Shown: positions 12,580 through 22,619 of the stretch, piece after piece
How positions within the stretch are numbered: position 1 is the first letter of the stretch
Layout: every line of letters starts with the position of its first letter
Assembly: GCF_018350175.1 (NCBI RefSeq)
Contig: NC_058368.1
Span: forward strand, 23,624,001-23,688,000
From: Felis catus
Lineage: Eukaryota
Direction: 5' to 3'
DNA: 64,000 bases
The notes under the pieces: generated by a model
The model's input: only the letters and a program-made list of their open reading frames with translations
The model's database searches: none
What the model was told of the DNA's origin: nothing
Program-made: the position numbers and the translations under genes

Positions 12580-13550
12580 GAAAACATTCTTCTCTTGGAT
12601 TTTGTGACATTAACAATTTCCTTCCTATACTACTGCTTCTTCCCAGGGTGCTGCAATCCTCTTCCTCCTCTGGAGATTAAAGATGGGCTACTCTAAAGTT
12701 CCATGGTGGGCCCCTTTCTCATCCTGTCCTTCTACCACAGTGCAGGTGATCTTAACAGTGCAGGCTTTAAATAAGTCCCAGAGGCCAACAATTCCCAGTT
12801 TGCCTGATCTCCCTCCTGGTATCCTGTGTGTGTCCTCAACACCTATTCAACACATCCACTTGAACAGCTAACAGGTATGTCCAATATGTCTACAACAGAA
12901 TTCCTTATTGCTTCCACTCCCTTCCTAATCTGTTTCTAGGGAGTCTTCCCAGTCTCAGTAACCAATCCTACTACTGCTTGAGGTAAAAACCTAGAAGTCA
13001 TCTGTCACTCACACCCTCATCAATCTAGCAGTGAGTCTGGATTGATACAGATACAATACAGATCTCCAATCCACCATTTCTCCCCATCTGCACTGCTCTG
13101 CCTCTGATACCAGTAACACCTCTTCCCTGGATTATGGCCATGATCTTAAAAGGATCTCTCTACTCCCACTCATGAAATCTACAGCCTAATCTCTATACAG
13201 CTCTGCTTACATGATTATTTAAAATGGCATCACTCATGCTTTAAGCTCTCCAGTGACATCTTACCCTAATGGAGATTAGAATTAATGATCCTTGGAGTGT
13301 TTGCCAAACTCTGTGATATCTGTCCCTTCCAGCCTCACCTCACATTTCTTCCTCCTTTGGTATTACAGCACGTCAGTCCCATGGTCCCTTATTTTTCCTC
13401 AAAAACTCCAAGTTCATACTCATCCTAGGACCTCTGCCCTTGAAGTTCTTTTTTCCTAGAACATCTCTTCCCCTCAGATCTTTGCATGCCCATCTTGTTT
13501 GCATGTGTGCCTAGCCTAGAGGTCACCTCTTCAGAGAGGACTTCCCTAAC
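12580..13550 (+). mobile_element. L2 fragment
   Basis: cttcccagtctcagta, aaaacctagaagtcatc, gtcacctcttcagagagg motifs. Confidence 0.75.
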
Positions 13551-14760
13551 AAAACCTCTAAAGTTTTAAAGTTTTAAAACTTTTTAAGGTTTTAATAAAG
13601 CTAAAGAGATCCCATAAATACAATCATTGGGCCTAGAGAAGTTTCTTAACAGCTTGGTCCTGGGGGCAGGGCCTCAGGAGCCTCTGAAAAACCCAGAAGG
13701 TTTGTCACACATATGACTAGAGCTCAGAGGAAATTCCTTCTCTTAGGAGGTCTTCAGAAAGTGTTTCAGAAGTGCCACAATCTCTATAACTATAATTTCT
13801 GGAAAAAAGACCAAGACCCAGGTAAGTGCATACTCATGTTACTAGGAGGCCAGATTCAATGATTTGTATTGTGAAGAAGTCCTGCACAAGGCTGGAATAA
13901 ATATAAAAGATGAAAATACAGAGGCCCAGGATAAAGAGATCATGAAAGGTCTGGCCGTGTTTAGGGCCTGGTGACTAGAGGAAACAAAATGTACCAAAAA
14001 AGGAGAAGGAGAAATTCAGGGTGTTGAAGATGAGAAGCCCTTAAAAAATAGTGGATAATTAGTGTAAACTTTCTTTTCAATCCCTCTTGGAGCTAAAGGT
14101 AAATTAATGACAACTTGACCTCCTCAAGTGAAGCGCTAGCACCTGGAAAGCAAAGAAGAAAACTCAGAGAGGATTTCTCCAAATGGGACCAGCTACTGAG
14201 CAAAAGGCTGTCACATTAAATCAGACTGGGGAATTTATTTACCAGCCAAGTACTATGCTAGAGGCAAAGAAGGAGCTGCTTAAATCAACTAGACTAGGTT
14301 TACCACAGGTAATGGAGCTTAGAGGGTAAATTTTGAAGACCTTCCCACAAGGCACAGTAGAACACACAGGAGAGAGGCTGCCAGGGTATCTGTCACCATC
14401 AAGAGACAATGACTGTGATTCTCTTAAGGGAAGGACAATTGGGTGACGAGTCCTTCTGTTGATATGACATGCTGAGTCCATGTGTAGGTGGGTACAGGCT
14501 GTGGTGTGAGAAGCTGGACATGTCAAAGAGGGTGACTAATTGATTAAAACATGGAATCTGTGAACCTGGCCTCTCCGAGGGTCCATAATGTTGGCCTCAC
14601 TCAAAGTTTCTGGTGTTTAGAATGAAGGGATAGGGATAGGGAGAGAAGAGTTACAGGGCCCAATGTCACGAACGTCCCTAAGGGGTAACTAAAACCACAT
14701 GAGTGAAGCATCTTGGGTTCTCTGCAACTCAACATCTATGCTCTTTACAAGTTCAAGTTC

Positions 14761-14982
14761 TTTTTTTTTTTTTTTTTTTCAACGTTTATTTATTTTTGGG
14801 ACAGAGAGAGACAGAGCATGAACGGGGGAGGGGCAGAGAGAGAGGGAGACACAGAATCGGAAACAGGCTCCAGGCTCTGAGCCATCAGCCCAGAGCCCGA
14901 CGCGGGGCTCGAACTCACGGACCGCGAGATCGTGACCTGGCTGAAGTCGGACGCTTAACCGACTGCGCCACCCAGGCGCCCC
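14761..14982 (-). mobile_element. Young SINEC_Fc
   Basis: CpGs intact, pure poly(T), perfect TSD acaagttcaagttct (14747-14761; 14983-14997). Confidence 0.97.
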
Positions 14983-15168
14983 ACAAGTTCAAGTTCTAAT
15001 TCTGAATAACTCCATGTAAAACTATGTGCATTTTTCTTTCCTTAAAGGGGGAAAAAACCCTACTTTTCCTCATAATAAAACTAACTCCTTGGTTAATACA
15101 GGAGGGTGGGATTAATTTTATGAAATCAGATGCCTTGTGTCAGAAAGTGAATAATTAAAATTGTGAGA

Positions 15169-15414
15169 ATGGGAATAAAATTTCCTGGTTCATGTGTGTG
15201 CACATGGGTTGGCTGTTTGCAGTTTGGCTGGGTTTTTTGCAATACTCTCAGTAAGGATATGCACATTCTCTGTATGTCTAAATGTCGAAAAATTCCATTC
15301 TCTGCACGGACATGACCCCTTTTGCTGGAGATAAAAATCCATCTATGGAAATTTACAACACCGGCATAATCAATATAATGACTATATCCCTTGGTTTGGG
15401 GATTTGCCAAAGCA
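15169..15414 (+). pseudogene. Putative exon 1 (MG-start Cys-rich leader and PH strands 1-2)
   Basis: agaATGg context; donor GCA|GTAAGT at 15415. Reads MGIKFPGSCVC...FSART*PLLLEIK/SIYGNLQHRHNQYNDYIPWFG/ICQS with one stop and two +1 shifts in homopolymer runs. The 5' boundary is uncertain. Confidence 0.5.
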
Positions 15415-15494
15415 GTAAGTGGAGTTTGGAAACTTAAAACTGTTAGTGTAAATTAACACACATACTTTAATCACTAAACTCTTCTGTATTTTAG

Positions 15495-15523
15495 ACTCCG
15501 TATCTGCTGAATTTGAAAAAAAG
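15495..15523 (+). pseudogene. Putative exon 2 (29 nt, NSVSAEFEKK)
   Basis: Follows an 80-nt GTAAGT...ctcttctgtattttAG intron; donor AAG|GTGGGA; phase 1 to 0. Confidence 0.55.
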
Positions 15524-16298
15524 GTGGGAATGTGGTTTTTTAAAAAATACATTTTACATTTTCATTGTGATTTCCTTGATTTGAGGAAAGATTGCTTGTT
15601 AGATTCCTTGGATATCAAGCAAAATTTTCCCCCACTTTTTAAGAAAAGAACTCTTTTTGTGTCAAAAGCAGTCTTTAGTGTCTCGACGGGTTGGTTGGAG
15701 ATTAGACACTGATAAAAAGGGAAAAAAAATGTAATGGCAACATGCCAGAAGTTAGGAGTTGTTTGAAACTTTTTAAGCTTTTTAATAATTTTGGCCAAAA
15801 GCCACTACCTCCTAGCTTGGCAGAACAGGTGGAGGTAATAACTCCACAACCATTTTTTAGTGAAAGCACAGTATGAAGTAATTTTGAAAGGATTATTACA
15901 CATTTTATTTTTAAATAAAAAGTAAAAGGTGATGAAACATATGGTATAATATCTGGGGAGTCTAACATGATGTTTGCAATTGAATCGGGGAGGAATTTGT
16001 CAGTAAATCTGGCCTTTCATCTTTTGAGGTGAAGACGCGTTTTATCTCATTCTTGGTAGAGATACTACCTTAGAATGTAAAATTGTGGGTATGGGCAGGG
16101 CATATTACAACTGATACCCCAAACTATGGCTACTTGTATTCCAGCAAATGGAATTTCCTGTTTTTACATTTCTCTGTGCAAACGGTTGGGGCCCGACCTC
16201 AAACTGTCTAAAAATTCCATGAATATTTTAATATATATAAATATAAAGTGAACATGGAAGTATAACTGAAATGTGCTGTTTATACTTTTCTTTTATAG

Positions 16299-16365
16299 TT
16301 TGATTTTGTGAACCTAGACCACACTGTAGAAGCTCATGAAGAAATTGTCAGATTTAAACTTTCTG
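16299..16365 (+). pseudogene. Putative exon 3 (67 nt, FDFVNLDHTVEAHEEIVRFKLS)
   Basis: Acceptor tttatacttttcttttatAG; donor CTG|GTGAGA; open frame, phase 0 to 1, matching both neighbours. Confidence 0.65.
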
Positions 16366-16599
16366 GTGAGAGTTTTTACATTATAATTGTGTATACATTT
16401 TTTATACTTTTTTTACTTATGTATTCATTTGTACCTTCTAAGAGGCTATAAATATTGACAGATTAAATGTGACCTGAAAACTCTTAATATCCCAGAAACC
16501 TTTTCCACTAATTTAATGGAAGCTTTTTAAATATCCAAAAAAAGCATGGTTTGAATTAGATCTGCTTTGCTCAAGTCTCATTTTTACCCCTTACTTCAG

Positions 16600-16788
16600 C
16601 ACCTGGACTTTCTGAAGAAAGAGTCCTCATTTTATGATTCTGCACCCCCACAGCAGAATGGATAACTACTGTTCACTCAAGGCAAATGGGCAAGAAGACT
16701 ACTCTTACCTGAAAGGTTTATACAAGGATGGAGAAAAGAAAAGGGATGGATTTTTTTAAAATAGTGTAATATTTTAAAAACAAAGGAG
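16600..16788 (+). pseudogene. Putative exon 4 (PH strand 7/Trp helix, linker, start of PTB)
   Basis: Acceptor tctcatttttaccccttacttcAG; reads APGLSEERVLIL*FCTPTAEWITTVHSR (TGA 16635-16637); donor GAG|GTAAAG at 16789. The later part is frameshifted. Confidence 0.55.
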
Positions 16789-17504
16789 GTAAAGTATCAA
16801 CACTGAATCTTTCTGGAATAAAATCAACATCAAAAAGATCAATCGCTTCATGAATGGGTTAATACAAAAATAGATTCTAATGTAAGGGAATCTAGTTGAT
16901 AGTCCCTCACATTCTCCTGCTGTTCCCTGGCAGAAATGTCAGGATTTCTCTTTATTTTTGTGTAGCCAGTATGTGCTCTGATCGTGCCAACATGGAAGAT
17001 CATTTGAATTTCTCACGTTTTGGAGCTTACTCCAAGAGGAAAGAAAGAAGCAACAAACACAGAAATAGAAATCACAACCTCTGCTCTGTTCCCAGGGGTG
17101 TTTCATCTGTGTATCCACCTTTAATCACGTTAATCCCACAGCCCAAAATAGGATGAATTCACAACCTAAATAGATGATAGCAAAAATGTTTAAACATGTT
17201 TAGTGCCAACGTTAAATATTGTAAATGTAAAATATACCAAGTGTAGATACATTTGTGTGTAAATAAGCATGAACACAGAGTTTGGGAACATCTCATACTG
17301 AAAAAGAATTAGAAGCAAAACAAGTACAGGCTTGAGTGAGCTGGCCTGGACCTCAAGAGTAAGCAGCCCTATCTCTAGGCTCAGGCAGGTTGGACATCTG
17401 CTCTGAGGCCCATGGAATTGAGCACAAATCACCTGAGCAAGGACAATAAAATTCACTCCACTGAAGAAGAGAACCAGGCCAAGAAAAGAAGCCCCACCAG
17501 TTGC

Positions 17505-17697
17505 ACCCTATCACTAGGCTCTGTGTTTTTGTACCTACTGCTAATGGAAATACTTACGTGTGTGTGTTTCTGTCCCCCACTCATAGAATGCAAGCTCCAG
17601 GGAGCAGGGCCAACATGTCTCTTCACCACTTGATCTTCAATTCCCAGAACAATGATTAGAACAGAGCAGGTAAGTGCTTGCTGAATTTGTCAATGAG
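17505..17697 (+). mobile_element. L2 3' end
   Basis: tagaatgcaagctccagggagcagg...ttcaccact motif. Confidence 0.7.
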
Positions 17698-17933
17698 TTC
17701 TGGATTCACACAACAAAGGCACTTTATATCACTATAGTAGACATGAAACCCATTTTTCTTAAAGCCTGATTCACATGTGAAATTAAAGTAGAGAAATACT
17801 GTTTGGTGCCCATGTGACAGAACACAACCTGAAGGCTATTTTGCAGTACAGGCAGAATGCGAGGTTTGGATACTATATAAAGTGTGAGCTGTGGGGTGCA
17901 GTGAAGGGAAGAATGAAATGGGAGGATTCAACC

Positions 17934-18182
17934 TTTTTTTTCAAGTATTTTTTTTAAAGTTTATTTATTTTGGGAGAGAGAGGGAGGGAGGGAGGGAGGG
18001 ACTGAGGGAGAAAATGAGCAGGGAAGCAGCAGAGAGAGAGGGAGAGAGAGAATCCCAAGCAGCCTCTGTGCTGTCAGTGCAGAGACCCACGTGGGGCTGG
18101 AATCAAAGAACCATAAGATCATGACCTGAGCAGAAATCAAGAGCAGATGCTTAACCTTAACCAACAGCCTCCCAGGCGCCCC
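17934..18182 (-). mobile_element. Can-SINE
   Basis: TSD tgggaggattcaac (17919-17932; 18184-18197); lies in putative intron 4. Confidence 0.95.
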
Positions 18183-18438
18183 TTGGGAGGATTCAACTTT
18201 GAATAAGAACTTGATTGGCCAATGAGCTGCTACTGTTCCAAGGAGACAAGACTAACCAATAACAATTTCCTGCCTTCCACTGGATGTCCCATATGGTTGA
18301 TATTGTTGGGTTCACTTCAGTTACCCTTTTAAGTCACAGCAAGACATCTATAATTGCTTTTCTGTGTTAATTAGTCAGTTTTGATTGAGATCTCTTTTTC
18401 TACTGGCATTTTCAATGCATACTTACTCTAAAATTTAG

Positions 18439-18661
18439 TGGTGCATTTGTAGGCTTTTAAGCATTTCTGGCCGTGATATTCGAATCCTACTTCCTAGTGG
18501 AAAGTTTAGACAATAAATTGGAATACAAAACAGCTTCTTGCTCTAGCAAACTCTTACATTCTGTGGATTCTGAGAAAAAGAAGATTGAACTCTGGAGTCT
18601 CACTAACCCAGAATGTTCTTGCAGATAAGCCAATTAAACTAGGCTCATTTTCATTCAATGG
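18439..18661 (+). pseudogene. Putative exon 5 (PTB core, several frameshifts)
   Basis: Mosaic of frames: GAFVG/LLSISGRDIRILLPSGKFR/TINWNTKQL.../SVDSEKKKIEL...ECSC/DKPIKLGSFSFNG. Acceptor at 18438 (alternative 18452); weak donor GG|GTATCT. Confidence 0.45.
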
Positions 18662-19371
18662 GTATCTTCTGGTGAATAACAAAATAAAAAAAATAATTAT
18701 AAGGCCACTCATTAAAATCATATTTTCCATGATTATATAAGAAAACTGCCATGATCCAATATATATAATACCATGACATGAGTGTTATAGATGTTTTCTT
18801 TTTATACTTTTATTTTTCAATTTCCCTAAAAAAAAAAAAAAACCATGTTTAGTTTGAAAAAAGAAGATTTGAAAATTTTAGGTTTGTAAAGATCTAGAGC
18901 GATATAAATTCCTGAATGGAAAGTTTTAAGTTTTATAAATTAAAAAACATAATTTTAGAATTGAGGCAAAAGTCAAAAGTGGTCTGATAATTTGCTCTTT
19001 GAAATAATTTTCAACAGTTTGTTGTATTAACTTTTTTACTCAAGTATCTTTTCGCTCTAAGTGTTGGCTGAAGCAATATGAAGGCAAGATGTACAATTCT
19101 TTATGCAGTTCTCATTAGTATTTTCTAATTTCAGCAAATGATTTCTTTTGTTGTTCTTTGCCACTTATCATACACTGTTTACAACCTTATCAACTGTCTG
19201 CAAATAAAATCTATTCCTTTCAAGACAGTGCACTTCTTAAATGCTTTTACTTTTAATTGCAATATTTTTCATGTTGAATTTGCTTAAGCTACATATTCTG
19301 TATTCAAGCAGATGTTCACGAAATAAATATTCATGTTGAGTTTATGTGGCTCATAATCCCATATATTACAG

Positions 19372-19464
19372 ATTTTTTTCAGATGAGTCTACAGACCTCA
19401 TTTTCTTCTCACTTAAAAAATGCACCCAGAATAATATTTAAATTACATTTACACATAAAATAAA
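19372..19464 (+). pseudogene. Putative terminal exon 6 (FFSDESTDLIFFSLKKCTQNNI*) with poly(A) signal
   Basis: Acceptor tattacAG at 19371 joins in frame (phase 2) to exon 5; TAA 19439-19441; AATAAA 19459-19464. Confidence 0.45.
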
Positions 19465-19698
19465 GATATATAGTCATTTTAACTACCTCTGCACTGTCAA
19501 TAATTAACAGGAAAATATAGGCTGACATGCTCTGGATTTATCTCTAATGGGAAATGCATTTGCAAGTGCTGTAATTCTGTATTAGCACAGTCTTTTCCTG
19601 GGATGTTATCTGCCAACAAGTTTTTTTGGTTTTGGTTTTGGTTTTAGTTTTGGTTTTCAGATACTCTCCTGTCCCTTGTAAGGTAAAAACACAGTTCA

Positions 19699-19699
19699 T

Positions 19700-19750
<51 letters not shown>

Positions 19751-19821
19751 TAGATATATACATATAGATATACATATAGATATACATATAGATATATAGA
19801 TATAGATAGATATAGATATAT
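19699..19821. repeat. (TAGA)n and degenerate TA-rich repeat; (TTTTGG)n just upstream at about 19621-19657
   Basis: Directly visible. Confidence 0.95.
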
Positions 19822-20004
19822 CTTTCCTCTTAGTAGTCAGGTGAATGCCTCCATTTGGAGCAGGTAGTTTTAAATCCAAATATGATTATTTGAAAACTTG
19901 TGTTTTGAGTATTATATATTTACAAGATTAAAATTTAATAAGACCAAGGGATCTATTCTTTTATGGGCCAAAATGCAATCTCCTTAGGGACGGCATCATA
20001 TTCA

Positions 20005-21260
20005 TTTTTTAAGTCTTTATTTTTTAGAGTAGTTTTGTATTCACAGCAAAATTGGGAGGAAGATATGGGGGCTTCCCAAAAGTCCCTGCCTCCACACATG
20101 CACAGCTTCTCCATTACCAACATCCCCTTCCCAAGTGGTACATTTGTCACAACTGATTAGCCTACATTTGGCACATCATAATCACACAAAATCCACAGTG
20201 TATGTTAGAATTCACTCTGGGTGCTGTGCATTCTATGGGCTTGTACAATCGTATAATGGCATATATCTATCATAATTTCATAAAGAATATATTTACTGCC
20301 CTACAAACCCTCTGTGCTCCACCTATTCATCTTTTCCTTCCCCATAATCCTTGGTAACCACTGATCTTTTTCCTGTCTTCATAATTTTGTCTTTTTAAGA
20401 ATATCATTATAGTCAGAATCATATAGTATGAAGCTTTTCCAGATTGGCTTTCTCCCTTAATTATATGCATTTAAGTTTCCTCCATGTCTTTTCATGGCTT
20501 GATAGCTCTTTTCTTTTTGTTGCTGAGTAGTATTCCACAGTATGGACGTACCACAGTCTATCCATTCACTTACTGAAGGACATCTTGGATGCTTCCAAGT
20601 TTTGGCAATTATGAATAAAGCTGCTATAAACATAATGTGCTTGTTTTTGTGTAGATATAAGTTTTCAACTCATTTGGGTAAATATCGAGGAGCTTGATTA
20701 CTGGATCATATAGTAAGAATATATTTAGCTTTGTAAGAAGCCACCAAACTATCTTCCAGAGTGGCCTGTACCATTTTGCATTCCCACAGCAGTGAGTGAG
20801 AGATCTTGTAGGTTCACATCCTTTCCAGCATTTGCTGTTACCAGTGTTTTAGATTTTTGTCATCTAAATGGGTGTGTGTTTGTTATCTTATTGCTGTTTT
20901 AATTTGCTTTTTCCTAATGACATATGGTGTTGAGCATCTTTTCATATGCTTATTTCTCATTTGTGTGTCTTCTTTGGTGAGGTATCCATTTACAACTTTT
21001 ATCTATTTTTAAATTGGATTCTTTGTTTTCTTATTACTGAGTTTTAAGAAATCCTTTTCTTTTTTTCAAGTTTTCATTTAAATCCCAGTTAGATAATATA
21101 CAGGGTAATAGTAGGTTCGGGTGTAGAATTTAGTGATTCATCACTTACATACAACACCCAGTGCTCATCACTATTTGAGAATTCTTTATATATTTTGGTT
21201 AATAGTCCTTTATGAACTATGTATTTTGTAAATATTTTCTCTGAGTCTGTGACTTGTTTT
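20005..21260 (-). mobile_element. L1MC1-like 3' part
   Basis: Reverse complement of the 7580-8825 element, extending into ORF2. Confidence 0.88.
21055..21170 (-). mobile_element. Short carnivore L1 3' end nested in older L1
   Basis: tcatcacttacatacaacacccagtgctcatca; degenerate TSD ttt(a/g)agaa(a/t)tc. Confidence 0.8.
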
Positions 21261-21367
21261 CTAATTCTAATTTCTAATTCTGTTTTCTAATTCTAAATAA
21301 TTTTAAAGTACTCTTTAAATATACATACAGTTTTAAGTAGAAAAGAGAATTTTACGTACATTATTTT

Positions 21368-21602
21368 TTTTATTTTTTATTTATTTTTATTTTTTTTAAC
21401 GTTTTTTATTTATTTTTGGGACAGAGAGAGACAGAGCATGAACGGGGGAGGGGCAGAGAGAGAGGGAGACACAGAATGGGAAACAGGCCCCAGGCTCCAA
21501 GCCATCAGCCCAGAGCACGATGCGGGGCTCGAACTCACGGACCACGAGATCGTGACCTGGCTGAAGTCGGACGCTTAACCGACTGCGCCACCCAGGCGCC
21601 CC
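21368..21602 (-). mobile_element. Young SINEC_Fc
   Basis: TSD acgtacattatttt (21354-21367; 21604-21617). Confidence 0.97.
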
Positions 21603-21644
21603 AACGTACATTATTTTAAGTGTGCTCACAATAATCTCAGACCA

Positions 21645-21895
21645 TCAGTTCAGCCTCAGTTTCCTTTCCTTTGAAGTGAGGATAATAATAGTATTTACTC
21701 CCAAATTGTGAGAATTAAATGAGTAAATATATATGTATAGAGTTTAGAACAATGCCTGATACAATAGGAAGCAATCTGAAAGTGTTAGCTGTTATTACAC
21801 TTGCTTTGCAAATGAAGAAGATGTGACTCAGAGAGATCACACAACCGGCGGGAAGCGAAGCTATGGCTTGATCCCAAAGGCTCCAGTTCCAATCC
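21645..21895. mobile_element. Two MIR fragments in opposite orientation
   Basis: gcctcagtttcc...tgttagctgttatt (+), then tttgcaaatgaagaa..tgactcagagag (-). Confidence 0.6.
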
Positions 21896-21902
21896 AATTC
21901 TC

Positions 21903-22112
21903 TTTTTTTTTTAAATGTTTATTTATTTTTGAGACAATGCAAGAGACAGAGTGCAAGCAGTGGAGGGACAGACAGAGGGAGACACTGAATCTAAAGCGGG
22001 CTCTAGGTTCGGAGCTGTCAGCCCAGAGCCCTACACGGGGCTCAAGCTCACAAACCATGAGATCATGACCTGTGAAGTCGGACACCTAACTGACTGAGCC
22101 ACTCAGGTGCCC
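21903..22112 (-). mobile_element. Can-SINE
   Basis: Poly(T), GA tract, head gactgagccactcaggtgccc. Confidence 0.93.
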
Positions 22113-22619
22113 TTGTGATTCTCATTCAACTGCAACACTGAAGACAGAACAGAGGCAGAGGCTAATGAAGTTGCTCTTCTCTTATACCACATGGCTGAGG
22201 GAGGAGCTGCCCTTCCTTGGTGACAAGCTTTTATAATCAATAACTAATTTCTTTGTATTTATAAGGCTTTTTGCCTCTGATCTGAATAGCAGTATTAACC
22301 CATTTTTCATTATTTGCGGAAGGATTGAACTTAAAGATTCAAACTATGGAAGAGCTATTAGAAATCACCTGTTTGAGACTTTTTCATTCGGTGTCTAATA
22401 AACCTCAAATGGGGAAACTAATGAGGCCCAAGAGTTTGAGTGACTTTTCCTGCACCCGGTTCATTCACAGGCAGAAAAATAACTGCAACACAGGTCCCTA
22501 TGTACTTACTGGGTGTTATTTCCACTTCACCATCTGCTTCTTGTGTTTCTAATTCTCCTTCCTCGGTTTCCCTTCCCTCCTCCTCCACCTCTTTTTCTTT
22601 TCATTCTTCACCTCTTATG

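Larger units (their letters stand above)
15169..19464 (+). pseudogene. Candidate six-exon degraded gene: PH + IRS-type PTB adaptor (DOK/FRS2-like architecture)
   Basis: Canonical donors/acceptors at 15415/15494, 15524/16298, 16366/16599, 16789/18438 and 18662/19371; Kozak ATG 15169; stop 19439-19441; AATAAA 19459-19464. The repaired translation resembles PH then PTB by eye. Contains in-frame stops and frameshifts. Confidence 0.6.

Noticed and set aside
13551..13593. AT-rich palindrome aaagttttaaaacttt with flanking aaaacct/aggtttt
   Set aside because: Low complexity; likely local slippage.
14703..14999. Recurrent ORFs with ETEHERGRGRERGRHR (also 8816, 21416, 51664) and their antisense versions
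   Set aside because: These are translations of Can-SINE sequence, not a gene family.
15676..15711. Hairpin agtgtct...agacact as a possible miRNA/snoRNA
   Set aside because: The stem is only about 7-9 bp with a large loop; no recognisable mature sequence or box motifs.
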